Part shown: piece by piece, positions 9,333 to 17,873 of the stretch | Position numbering within the stretch: position 1 is the stretch's first letter | Layout of the letters: every line of letters starts with the position of its first letter | Virus record (IMG/VR): IMGVR_UViG_3300047476_001238 | Coordinates: 15,712 to 79,711 of that record | Source of the DNA: a virus | Taxonomy: Duplodnaviria; Heunggongvirae; Uroviricota; Caudoviricetes | Strand: one strand, 5' to 3' | Length of the DNA stretch: 64,000 nt | Translations under genes and position numbers: made by a program | Notes under the pieces: model-generated | What the model was told of the DNA's origin: nothing | Seen by the model: only the letters and a program-made list of their open reading frames with translations | Database searches by the model: none

Positions 9333-11056
9333 TATTCAAATCCTGCTAGCGTTTCTATTTTAACATTTAAACGATTGCCGTTTTTTACTAAATTGTTTTT
9401 TATAAATTCTGTTGGAGACATTACCCCAGGATCAAGATTTTTAGCAATTAGGGTGAGAAGTTTGTGATTACCTGCCCAAATTGATCCAGTAAGGAAAATA
9501 TAACAGGCGGTGATTGCTTCTTGTCCAAATAGCGGTCTGCCATCAACACCTTTGGTATAATAAAATTTATTGTGATTTGTCCAATTATCGTACAAATTGT
9601 CTTCAACTGCTTTGCACATTGGCGATTCTAAGAAATCATCAACTACCTGTTCCAAATTAAAAGTTGCAATTTTTTGACTTCTGAATTGAGTAAGAGCAGA
9701 ATAAATGTGTGATAGCACTGTCATTCTTACAAAATCTTTTTTACTAAAACTAATGCACGTTTCAGGAAATGTTGCATCAAAATAGTGATGTCCATTGAAA
9801 CGTTCGCTAGTGGTATAGGTAAATTTAAACTTTTCTTGATAAGTTTTATCTCTTGCTGCTGGGCTGGCTGGTAAAAGTTCGCTGATAAAAATTTGCAATT
9901 GTAAATCGTGTCTGCTTATTTCTTTAAGTGTTTCTCTCCAGCTTTCTACTGTTTGTCCCGGTAGTCCTTGAATCAATTGAATTTTTGAATGTAGATGTGG
10001 GTAAGCTTCTTTTAATTCTTGTATCATTGACAGATGCACATCCCACCCAACGTCGGGTCTATCAATATTTTCCAATACAGTTTTATTGATATCTTGTACT
10101 GAAATTGTAAATCCCGCAACATCGGTTAGCATATTACTTTTTGCCAATATGTGATAAATTTTTAAATTGTTTTCTTTTCTTAATTTACTAAAATTACCAT
10201 CAATTTTAAAACCAGCATTTTCAAAAATATTTTTATTGCCCATGTATTCAATCATGTCAATATCTTCTTGATACTGACCAACATTGGCATCTGACAGATA
10301 GATGTTCTTGACCTTTAACTCTTGAAACAAATCAATTTCATCTTTATAACTGTTTTTACGTCTAGTGGTTTTATTAGTTAGACCGCTATTCCAATCACAA
10401 AATGTACAACTGTAAGGACAACCCCTAGTCAAATCATAAGGAAGAACTACGCTTATCTGTTTGCTTTGCACATCCTTGATCATTGATGCAAATAATTCTT
10501 TATTGCTCAAGTATGGACTAACTGACAATTGTGGTACGTATTTAAAATCAGCCACAACAGTTTTATTTTTTACTTTATCCAGCCAGGCCACGTTTGAGGT
10601 ATTAAAAGCTATCAGCTTTTTGTTTTTTAAAATGCTTTCTACTATGTCAGCAAATGCCACTTCGCCTGCACCATATATGGCATAATCAGGGAATGTTTTT
10701 TTGGTAAAAAATTCTGGATCAATGTTTACATCAATGCTAGGACCGCCTGCTATAAAACAAATACTTGATGGAACCTTACTCTTGATTCTATTCAATTGAT
10801 CGCAGATAAAACTATCATTCCAAATGTAATGACTACTGCAAAACAGGTCTGGCTTTTCTTTCTCTAATAGACTTACCAACTCATCATCTGACATCTTTTT
10901 TTGTATCGGAAGCATCCAATCTAATTTTTCTCCGATTTCAGGACGATTTTGGTCGATCCATGTTTTTAAATACAGAGCTGCTACTCCCAAAAATAATAAT
11001 TTTTCGGCACTTTCTCTCAGAGTATCATTTGCATGATAAAATAAAACTTTAAGCAT
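9332..11056 (-). CDS. B12-binding-domain radical SAM enzyme (class B type)
   Basis: 574 aa. The N-terminal Rossmann-like block (ICFIAGGPSID) resembles a cobalamin-binding domain. A CPYSCTFC (Cx3Cx2C) radical SAM motif lies mid-protein. Confidence 0.75.
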   Translation of the reverse strand: MLKVLFYHANDTLRESAEKLLFLGVAALYLKTWIDQNRPEIGEKLDWMLPIQKKMSDDELVSLLEKEKPDLFCSSHYIWNDSFICDQLNRIKSKVPSSICFIAGGPSIDVNIDPEFFTKKTFPDYAIYGAGEVAFADIVESILKNKKLIAFNTSNVAWLDKVKNKTVVADFKYVPQLSVSPYLSNKELFASMIKDVQSKQISVVLPYDLTRGCPYSCTFCDWNSGLTNKTTRRKNSYKDEIDLFQELKVKNIYLSDANVGQYQEDIDMIEYMGNKNIFENAGFKIDGNFSKLRKENNLKIYHILAKSNMLTDVAGFTISVQDINKTVLENIDRPDVGWDVHLSMIQELKEAYPHLHSKIQLIQGLPGQTVESWRETLKEISRHDLQLQIFISELLPASPAARDKTYQEKFKFTYTTSERFNGHHYFDATFPETCISFSKKDFVRMTVLSHIYSALTQFRSQKIATFNLEQVVDDFLESPMCKAVEDNLYDNWTNHNKFYYTKGVDGRPLFGQEAITACYIFLTGSIWAGNHKLLTLIAKNLDPGVMSPTEFIKNNLVKNGNRLNVKIETLAGFE

Positions 11057-11429
11057 TTTGTTTATTCTTATAGTCTGCTAGTGCCGCTTTGATTGCATCT
11101 TCTGCTAATATAGAACAGTGAATTTTAACAGGCGGTAGTGCAAGTTCTTCTGCAATTTGAGTGTTTTGAATTGCTGCTGCTTCATCAAGACTCTTTCCCT
11201 TGAGCCACGTTGTGACCAATGATGAACTTGCGATTGCCGAACCGCAACCATAAGTCTTGAATTTGGCATCTGTAATCACATTGTTTTCTACTTGTATTTG
11301 TAATTGAAGTACATCTCCGCAAGCAGGAGCTCCTACTAGACCTGTTCCTACACTGGGATCATTTTTATCCAGTTTACCAACGTTTCTTGGATTTTCATAG
11401 TGATCCAAGACTTGACCTGAGTAAGCCAT
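11049..11429 (-). CDS. iscU: IscU/NifU-like Fe-S cluster scaffold
   Basis: 126 aa with the IscU signature GAPACGDV...YGCGSAIASSS...HCSILAEDA (three conserved Cys). Confidence 0.88.
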   Translation of the reverse strand: MAYSGQVLDHYENPRNVGKLDKNDPSVGTGLVGAPACGDVLQLQIQVENNVITDAKFKTYGCGSAIASSSLVTTWLKGKSLDEAAAIQNTQIAEELALPPVKIHCSILAEDAIKAALADYKNKQNA

Positions 11430-11458
11430 TTTATTCTCCTTGGATTATTGTAATTTAT

Positions 11459-11872
11459 TTACGATCTTTTTGCAAGAGCAGACTTAGCCATTGAATCTAC
11501 TGTACGCTCAGGGGGTGTTCTAGGAGCGTTTGAGTCACCAATTGCGGCCAATTCTTCATCGTCGTCGGCAAACGGAGTTAGGTACACATACTTTACTCCA
11601 GTTGCGTCGTCTTTGATATCTTTAACAAGAGCTTTCAAAGATTCGTTGTTTGATAGAGCTTGATCTAATGTATCTAAATTAAATTGCGGATGCTGCATTT
11701 GCACTAGATTTATTAGTGAATCGGCCCGTACTCGTGGCACCGCGTGAGTGTCATGAGCACGGTTTCTCATAGTTTCAAGTATGTTCATCAGATCAAGAAT
11801 AGCCGGATCTGCTGCCTCGTCTTCGAGGATCTCATCAATAGCATCCTCAGTGATAATTTCACGAATACGCAT
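11459..11872 (-). CDS. hypothetical acidic protein (137 aa)
   Basis: ORF with acidic low-complexity termini. Confidence 0.45.
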   Translation of the reverse strand: MRIREIITEDAIDEILEDEAADPAILDLMNILETMRNRAHDTHAVPRVRADSLINLVQMQHPQFNLDTLDQALSNNESLKALVKDIKDDATGVKYVYLTPFADDDEELAAIGDSNAPRTPPERTVDSMAKSALAKRS

Positions 11873-12567
11873 TAACGTTTTTCTCTGCCTACAACATTTG
11901 GACCTGCTGCTGCACTAGTTGCTGCGAATTCGTCAGTATCAAGATCACTGCCCATATCTGCTGCTGGCATTTCAGTACCGTCAGGCATTGCACCAGGTGC
12001 TGCATCAGCTCCCATGCCCATACCCATTGGTTGCGCCACTTGTTCTCCTGCAAGAGCTCTAGCAGCGGTATCAGCTGTGCTTCGTGCCGAGCTTAACTGC
12101 TGGCTCATGTTAGCCAATAATGGCTCAACTGCGGCTTTAAATGCGTCAGCTTGTTCCATGCCAATTTGGTCACGAATAGTGTCTAGTAATGCAGGCATCT
12201 GCTCGTTTTGCATTTTGCTAACTTCTTCAAGCATGTCCTGGATACTGTCAACCATGTCCTTGGCAGCTAGAATAGCCTGGCTCTTGCCCATTTCGCTTTC
12301 TAGGATCAGTTGTTGTTTGTTTTCAACCATCCAGCGATGTAGGCCTTCACGTACCATTAGCAGCTCCATGTACTTAGGATTCTTTTCTGCTACGTGTACT
12401 CCGTGGCTGTGCTTGATTTTTTCAAGGCTCTCAGTTAGGCCACGTGCTAATACATATGCACGTTTGAAGTCTAAATTGGCGTAATCAATTTTAACGCCAA
12501 AACGGCTTTCCATTACTTTGTTAATTTTTTTTGCTGTGGGCTTGGTGCCCATTTCTGTTAGTCTCAT
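11872..12567 (-). CDS. hypothetical alpha-helical protein (231 aa), late-expressed, scaffold-like composition
   Basis: A CTAAATA motif (12591-12597) and an AGGAA RBS lie upstream. The protein is coiled-coil-like and Glu/Gln/Met-rich with a GMGMG tail. Confidence 0.5.
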   Translation of the reverse strand: MRLTEMGTKPTAKKINKVMESRFGVKIDYANLDFKRAYVLARGLTESLEKIKHSHGVHVAEKNPKYMELLMVREGLHRWMVENKQQLILESEMGKSQAILAAKDMVDSIQDMLEEVSKMQNEQMPALLDTIRDQIGMEQADAFKAAVEPLLANMSQQLSSARSTADTAARALAGEQVAQPMGMGMGADAAPGAMPDGTEMPAADMGSDLDTDEFAATSAAAGPNVVGREKR

Positions 12568-13090
12568 AGCTGTTGTTCCTAAAGTTAAAGTATTTAGCCG
12601 AAATTAAAGTTTTTTTCAAAATCTGTATTGAATCTTTACGCTGCATTCTGGCATCTAATAGTCTATTGTATGCAACGTCTTTTTTAAAATTATCCTGTTT
12701 TTTTCGTTGTAATGCTTTTTCGTAGTGTATAATATCAGTACTTAGTTTTCCTATTTTTTTATCAAGCTCTAATAGCGTATTGGCTTGAGGAAATTGTCCG
12801 CGTGTTTCATACAAACAATACAAAATCGCTGTAATTTTATCAACAAAATCATGAACGTATTTGTCATCAAATTGAGTCACTGTCCAACAATATGTGTGTT
12901 TACCAACAATTTGAAACGATCCAACAAAAAACCTGTAGTCCCCAATCGGAATAACTACAGGCTTTGATCTATATTTTGCTAGTTCTTGACGGGTCCATGA
13001 TTGAATATAATTTAGCCCAAATTCTGTAAATGCTGCTCTGGCATTGTCCAAATCAGACTTTCTTTTTGTAATAAATTTGCCCTTCGTCAT
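12521..13090 (-). CDS. hypothetical protein (189 aa)
   Basis: ORF overlapping both neighbours. No motif. Confidence 0.4.
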   Translation of the reverse strand: MTKGKFITKRKSDLDNARAAFTEFGLNYIQSWTRQELAKYRSKPVVIPIGDYRFFVGSFQIVGKHTYCWTVTQFDDKYVHDFVDKITAILYCLYETRGQFPQANTLLELDKKIGKLSTDIIHYEKALQRKKQDNFKKDVAYNRLLDARMQRKDSIQILKKTLISAKYFNFRNNSYETNRNGHQAHSKKN

Positions 13091-13259
13091 TTTTTCTATA
13101 TAGTATATCTTTGTTTACCAATTGGTTAGCTAATAATACTTCTCTTGGACTTAAATCTTTTTTTAATATTTCCGTTGATTCGCTAAATTTACCTAAGATG
13201 TCTGATTCTTCGTTGGTAATTGGTAATCTAACTTTATTTAATAATTCTATTATCTTCAT
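13053..13259 (-). CDS. hypothetical protein (68 aa)
   Basis: Small ORF with a plausible composition. Confidence 0.3.
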   Translation of the reverse strand: MKIIELLNKVRLPITNEESDILGKFSESTEILKKDLSPREVLLANQLVNKDILYRKNDEGQIYYKKKV

Positions 13260-13261
13260 TA

Positions 13262-13528
13262 TTATTTCAGGACAAGTTGTACAATAACCATAATTAAGCC
13301 TGTGAGCATTGCTACACCAAAAGCTGTGCCAATGGTAATCAACTGCCCGCTAGTTTTACTGGTAGCCTCGGCAGTAGATTCCGAAATTTTCGTGCGGATA
13401 ACTATGATGTTTTCTTCCATATTAGTCATACGCTGTTCTAGTTTGTCTAATTTATCTTCCAATGCCTTGTATCTTTCGGCGCATAAATCCACGTGCGCTC
13501 CAAGGCTTGTTCTTTCGCTTGCTGCCAT
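13262..13528 (-). CDS. hypothetical protein with a C-terminal transmembrane helix (88 aa)
   Basis: N-terminal coiled region followed by a hydrophobic C-terminal 25 aa. Confidence 0.45.
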   Translation of the reverse strand: MAASERTSLGAHVDLCAERYKALEDKLDKLEQRMTNMEENIIVIRTKISESTAEATSKTSGQLITIGTAFGVAMLTGLIMVIVQLVLK

Positions 13529-13612
13529 AGTACTCTTTCATAAAAATTAGAGGGTTCTGTGTTGTTGTCTAGATTGTGAGCCATAAAGAAAATGCCTTAA
13601 AATGCCAATGAT

Positions 13613-14065
13613 TTAAATTGTATTTAAGTTCATTCTGCCAGTTTTAAAGTATATGTTTTTTATAGCGCCATATGGATAAAAAATTGGTAATATAAACCTT
13701 GCAGTTTCATCTAGCCCACAAATTATAGGCACTTGAGCAAAATCTTTGTCCAATCCGCCAACCGGATCACGGTCTTCAAGAAATACATCTTCATGTTCGA
13801 CCCCAAAGCAGAAAATCCATGCTCGCTGCTTGCCATAGTACATCTCACCGAAGCCGCTGGTTTCATCGATGTCAAATTCTGCACAAATTGGTCCTTCAAT
13901 CAACTGTGGCTGTGATCTAAGACCTATTACCTGTAATACTGTTTCCCAATTTCTTTGTTGATCCCGTTGAACTTCTTGGCCAGGTCTGTGTCTGGTGATA
14001 CCAGTAGCAGTAATATCAACTAATGTTATGCCAGTATAAAATTTCATATAGATATTTATAGCCAT
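13613..14065 (-). CDS. hypothetical late protein (150 aa)
   Basis: TATAAATA (14053-14060) lies only 5 nt upstream of the ATG, on a T4 late-type promoter. Confidence 0.5.
   Translation of the reverse strand: MAINIYMKFYTGITLVDITATGITRHRPGQEVQRDQQRNWETVLQVIGLRSQPQLIEGPICAEFDIDETSGFGEMYYGKQRAWIFCFGVEHEDVFLEDRDPVGGLDKDFAQVPIICGLDETARFILPIFYPYGAIKNIYFKTGRMNLNTI
14053..14060 (-). promoter_or_regulatory. T4-type late promoter TATAAATA
   Basis: Exact octamer 5 nt upstream of the ATG at 14065. Confidence 0.5.
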
Positions 14066-14093
14066 AAAAAAAGCAGACCAAAGTCTGCTTTTT
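14066..14093. terminator. bidirectional rho-independent terminator (AGCAGAC-CAAA-GTCTGCT)
   Basis: Perfect 7 bp stem with flanking A and T runs. Nearly identical copy at 14516-14546. Confidence 0.65.
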
Positions 14094-14110
14094 GTTGTAA
14101 TTTTTAAAAA

Positions 14111-14461
14111 TTACGATACTACAAAACTAGTTCCGTCTGTCACAGTTGCGCTACCTAAGTTAACAGAACCTTTCTTGGTGCCAATAGCCTGTAGTGCTGT
14201 CTGTAGTGCGCTAGCTGCTGGGGCATTTACACCATCGCAGATAATGCTAATAATGCCGCTAGTAGCATGAGCAAAATATGCTAGTACTGGTGGGAATGCC
14301 TGAATGATTGCTTCATAAGCTTCGTTTGCTGCATCATCTTCTGATGACAAGTTAACGCCAGCATCAACTACATATAACTTAACGCTTTGACCAGGAACGA
14401 TCAAAGTTCCAGTTGTACCTGCAAAAAAGTAGCCTGCGCTACGATCTAAACCAATTGCCAT
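14111..14461 (-). CDS. small Ala/Gly/Thr-rich late protein A (116 aa), probable abundant virion-associated protein
   Basis: CATAAATA late-type promoter plus a strong AGGAGA RBS upstream, flanked by rho-independent terminators. Paralogous architecture with the next gene. Confidence 0.65.
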   Translation of the reverse strand: MAIGLDRSAGYFFAGTTGTLIVPGQSVKLYVVDAGVNLSSEDDAANEAYEAIIQAFPPVLAYFAHATSGIISIICDGVNAPAASALQTALQAIGTKKGSVNLGSATVTDGTSFVVS

Positions 14462-14515
14462 TTTATTTCTCCTAAATTATTTGCGTGTTATCGCATGTTA
14501 ATATTTATGCTGGTT
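14462..14515 (-). promoter_or_regulatory. late promoter (CATAAATA) plus conserved 5'UTR with AGGAGA RBS, copy 1 of a duplicated unit
   Basis: About 90% identical over roughly 55 nt to 15010-15061. Confidence 0.55.
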
Positions 14516-14546
14516 ATAAAAAAAGCAGACCGAAGTCTGCTTTTTA
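14516..14546. terminator. bidirectional rho-independent terminator (AGCAGAC-CGAA-GTCTGCT)
   Basis: Perfect stem flanked by A and T runs. Confidence 0.65.
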
Positions 14547-14562
14547 ATTAACTTAAATTTAA

Positions 14563-15009
14563 TTAAGCTAGTTTGATACCGCCAGTTGACGATACAGTAG
14601 CCAATGCTGGGAATACGTTGCCGTATGCACCAATGTTAGCACCAGCTGTACCATTGTGGGTTAGTGTGCGAATCTGAGCTTGTAGATCAGCATCTGACCA
14701 TGAGCTACGCTCTACTAGAACGCTTAGTTGTGCGCTTGAACCAGCTGCATCAACTTGGTATGCAATAACAGATGCGTTTGTAGAAATGGTCTTGATTAGG
14801 GTTTCTACTGCACCTACTAGACCTGCACCGCTTGGCTCGCCTAGTTCTGCTGCTAAGTTAGCAGTTGCACCTAAGGTACCAATCTTGATTGCACTGATAG
14901 GTGAAGCGATACCTGTATTAATGATCTTTGCATTTGCAAAAAATTGACCTGCATCAACGTTGTTTACACCAGCACTATTGCCGTGTACTTTTTGGACTCC
15001 AATTGCCAT
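14563..15009 (-). CDS. small Ala/Gly/Ser-rich late protein B (148 aa), paralogous unit to protein A
   Basis: Exact TATAAATA late promoter plus the same AGGAGAAATAAAATG leader as gene A. No Cys, low complexity. Confidence 0.65.
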   Translation of the reverse strand: MAIGVQKVHGNSAGVNNVDAGQFFANAKIINTGIASPISAIKIGTLGATANLAAELGEPSGAGLVGAVETLIKTISTNASVIAYQVDAAGSSAQLSVLVERSSWSDADLQAQIRTLTHNGTAGANIGAYGNVFPALATVSSTGGIKLA

Positions 15010-15061
15010 TTTATTTCTCCTTAATTATTTGCGTATTACCGCATGCTAATATTTATACCAA
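15010..15061 (-). promoter_or_regulatory. late promoter (TATAAATA at 15050-15057) plus conserved 5'UTR, copy 2
   Basis: Exact T4 late octamer and the same leader and RBS as copy 1. Confidence 0.6.
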
Positions 15062-16174
15062 TTAGTTCATTTTGGCGAAATTAGCGGCACTAAACACTTC
15101 TCTGTCCACGATTTTGACCAAACCTGTTGAGGTTGGAAACACAAAACCTTCGCCTGCGGGCTGTCCGTTTACATATTCTTCAATTCCTTGCACTTGCGAT
15201 GCCAGCTGTTTAGCCAGGTGTTGTTTAAAGGCGTAAATGCTGTTCCAGATTGCTTTGAGTCCAACATACCCAGGACTCTCAACTATTTGTCCGCTGGGGT
15301 CTTGTGCAAACAGTTTTCCAGTATAATTGTCGCCAGCTAGAGCGTTATACTGCACTTTGCTAACGTTTGCGGCTAACCATGTATGCAAAGGCTCGGTGGT
15401 TTGTCTAGTGATAAATTTATTAAAATATGTTTTGATTCTGTCTCTGGTGCTTTGTGGGATGGATCCCAACAGTTCATCTACTGCTGCGCCATATTTTTTT
15501 AGGGCTGCATCTGCTGCACGTTCCTGTTGTACCGGAGTTTTTAGTGTAAATTTATTACCCGCTGTGGGAGAAATAATAGCAATGCCGCCAGGCACGTTTG
15601 CTAGTCCCTTGCCGTTCCACTGCGTTGGTTGTCCACCTACACTGTCAAAATATTGATGCACTACGATTCCGCCAACAGATCCTGCAATAATCTTTCCTAG
15701 AGCACTGTTGGTTGCTATTCTGTATTCAACTAGATTGGGTTGGAAAACAAATTTTCCTTGAGTCGGCTGTAGCTGTCCTGCATAAAGCAAATCGCCCCAA
15801 TAGAAACCTGGTCCTTGTACTGCTTGATTTAGTGCAGGCCAAATTGTTTCTAATAGATTATAAAGGCTACCTCTGAGATTGCCTGATGCTTTTTGTGAGT
15901 CGTATCGTTTCCAATCTTCTACATTTTTTGCCAGGAAGCCGGCATCAAACATGTACTTGTCCATGATTGCCAACTGCCCATCACTGTCCCTACCAAAAAT
16001 AAGAGCAGGCTTACCGTCCCATTTGATGGTAAGGTTTCTTGGATTTGATATTACAGATTTTAATCCGGCTATTTGTTGAGCTGCGGCAGCACTACCAGAT
16101 AGTATTGCATCTTCAGGATGTGGAGTTCTGGGATTAGTAGCCTCCATTAGATATTCGACAAATTCAAAATACAT
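15062..16174 (-). CDS. hypothetical late protein (370 aa)
   Basis: Translationally coupled (TAATG) to the upstream late genes. No diagnostic motif beyond a KWDGK stretch. Confidence 0.55.
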   Translation of the reverse strand: MYFEFVEYLMEATNPRTPHPEDAILSGSAAAAQQIAGLKSVISNPRNLTIKWDGKPALIFGRDSDGQLAIMDKYMFDAGFLAKNVEDWKRYDSQKASGNLRGSLYNLLETIWPALNQAVQGPGFYWGDLLYAGQLQPTQGKFVFQPNLVEYRIATNSALGKIIAGSVGGIVVHQYFDSVGGQPTQWNGKGLANVPGGIAIISPTAGNKFTLKTPVQQERAADAALKKYGAAVDELLGSIPQSTRDRIKTYFNKFITRQTTEPLHTWLAANVSKVQYNALAGDNYTGKLFAQDPSGQIVESPGYVGLKAIWNSIYAFKQHLAKQLASQVQGIEEYVNGQPAGEGFVFPTSTGLVKIVDREVFSAANFAKMN

Positions 16175-16917
16175 TACGATAGTTTATCCGTGTATGTTCT
16201 GAACCAAGCAGCAGTGCCTGGAGCAGGCGCTGCCTCAGGTAATTGAATATCGCTCTTGGCCAGGGTTTCTCTAGCTGCTGCAATCAACTGTTCATAGTTG
16301 GGTCTTTTGCTAATAGCATCCAATATATCGTCAGCTGAATTTAACTTGGCAGCAGGAATGCCTGTTATTTTACTGAGTGTAGCTGGGCTTTTACCATCCT
16401 CGATTGTGGTATTAGTGACTCTATCAACCAGTCCGTGTTTATAACTCCATTTAAGTCCTGGGTGCAGGGCAGCAACAACACTGGCAAGAATAACATGACG
16501 ACTCATACCAGTCAGTTTGCTACCTTCTGCAGCACCACTCATACTAAATGCTTGCCACTTAGGGTCACCAAACATCAAGTCTGCTTGTACATATCCTTGA
16601 CCTAAACGACCGCCAATTGGTGCTTTGACATGTACGCTGTCACCGGACTTTTTGATATCTTTGGCGTCAACACCAGCTGATAATAATACTGCAACTAGTG
16701 TATCTTTATCTATACTGGTTTCGTCAACAGCTAGATCTAAATCACCTGAACTGGATTTTCTTCCTGTGGTGCCTAGCCATGTTTCTTCCGGAAATCTAAT
16801 TCCTGACACATGCTCGATCCATTTAATTGTTGCAGGAACGTCATCGCGATTGATTCTTTGTGTTAACGGTTGCCCATCGGGACTCTTGAAAATATTGCCG
16901 CCTTCGTTGATTTGCAT
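16174..16917 (-). CDS. hypothetical late protein (247 aa)
   Basis: Coupled TAATG junctions at both ends. Confidence 0.55.
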   Translation of the reverse strand: MQINEGGNIFKSPDGQPLTQRINRDDVPATIKWIEHVSGIRFPEETWLGTTGRKSSSGDLDLAVDETSIDKDTLVAVLLSAGVDAKDIKKSGDSVHVKAPIGGRLGQGYVQADLMFGDPKWQAFSMSGAAEGSKLTGMSRHVILASVVAALHPGLKWSYKHGLVDRVTNTTIEDGKSPATLSKITGIPAAKLNSADDILDAISKRPNYEQLIAAARETLAKSDIQLPEAAPAPGTAAWFRTYTDKLS

Positions 16918-17609
16918 TATAGTTTTCCTCGTTCTTTAGTTAGGAAAGTCTGCAATGCAGGAGTGACTTTTCTTGTGGTACCAAACGGATGGAACTCACC
17001 GTAATCATCCATTTCGAATCTTTTACCTTTGTACTGAATAACCAAAGGAACAGATTGTACTATTGATACATCAGGATGTAATGGTTCTGTTATAGATGGC
17101 TCCCCAACAGGCCCTTCATCACCAGGCATTACAATAGAAGAATCTGTAGTTCCTGGTTCTGCACTGGTGTCGTTATTACGTGGATCAAAAGTAAGTTGTC
17201 CATTTTGTTGTGCTAGATTTTCCAATGATGCTACAGATTGCGGGTCTACTATTTCCGATCCTTCGCTGTTTGCCCAAAAACCAGTTTTGTCTTTAGAATT
17301 TGGTTTAGCGGAATATTTGAAGTATCTACGACCGTCTTTGGTTTGAACTACCAACATTCTACCCGGTGGTACTCGATAACGTTTGATTTTCTCTTTCCTG
17401 TCATCGGTTGGCGCCTTTACCCATTGACTACCCGAGTCCGCACCCAGTCTGTCAGCTACTCCTTGCAGCATGTTTGTGAATGATCTGGGATTATTTTCAG
17501 TATTACCTGTATATTCTCCAGTTTCCGGATCTCGTTCATAATCTGTACCAAATTGATCTCTACGGCGTCTAGTTCCAAACGCTTCACTTACAATATCTCT
17601 AATCTTCAC
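16917..17609 (-). CDS. hypothetical late protein (230 aa), charged/Pro-rich
   Basis: Part of the late operon downstream of TATAAATA at 17866-17873. Confidence 0.5.
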   Translation of the reverse strand: MKIRDIVSEAFGTRRRRDQFGTDYERDPETGEYTGNTENNPRSFTNMLQGVADRLGADSGSQWVKAPTDDRKEKIKRYRVPPGRMLVVQTKDGRRYFKYSAKPNSKDKTGFWANSEGSEIVDPQSVASLENLAQQNGQLTFDPRNNDTSAEPGTTDSSIVMPGDEGPVGEPSITEPLHPDVSIVQSVPLVIQYKGKRFEMDDYGEFHPFGTTRKVTPALQTFLTKERGKL

Positions 17610-17847
17610 GCCTAAATCTCCTTACGCCGCGAGCAAATTTAGCAGGATCTTGGGCTCTAATACTATTGAGCAATCTACGCTCCAATTCAGCTGATTGTTC
17701 TGCATCATAGTTTTCTTTGATATAATTGATCAGATTGATAGCACCTTGTATCACATGGCTAGCACGACTTTCCACAAGATTTTCCCGATCTCGACTGACG
17801 GGCATGTGGGCTAATTCATCAAGAATACTGCGAGTACGCTTTTGCAA
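17599..17847 (-). CDS. hypothetical protein (82 aa), first gene of the late operon (TTG start)
   Basis: TTG start with a GGAG RBS and TATAAATA 20 nt upstream. Confidence 0.4.
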   Translation of the reverse strand: MQKRTRSILDELAHMPVSRDRENLVESRASHVIQGAINLINYIKENYDAEQSAELERRLLNSIRAQDPAKFARGVRRFRRED

Positions 17848-17865
17848 AATCTACTCCGTTTTATA

Positions 17866-17873
17866 TATTTATA
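17866..17873 (-). promoter_or_regulatory. T4-type late promoter TATAAATA driving the 82/230/247/370-aa late operon
   Basis: Exact octamer about 20 nt upstream of the TTG start. Confidence 0.5.

Noticed and set aside
12014-12484. Plus-strand ORFs (for example 12014-12484, 5462-5854, 29693-30241, 45915-46277, 31585-31905) lying antisense inside well-supported minus-strand genes
   Set aside because: They overlap strongly supported minus-strand genes entirely. They have low-complexity, Cys/Ser-rich or repetitive translations typical of antisense frames, and no RBS or promoter context.
14462-15061. CRISPR array suggested by the repeated roughly 50-bp elements and palindromic hairpins
   Set aside because: Only two copies exist. 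Each lies immediately upstream of a start codon with a late-promoter octamer and an RBS. The hairpin repeats are classic terminators. There are no regularly spaced short repeats with variable spacers.
15062-16174. KWDGK stretch resembling the KxDG nucleotidyl-lysine motif of ATP-dependent ligases and capping enzymes
   Set aside because: The Arg at +5 and motifs III, IV and V are not recognisable downstream. The gene sits in a late virion-type operon. Treated as a chance match, and the protein left hypothetical.
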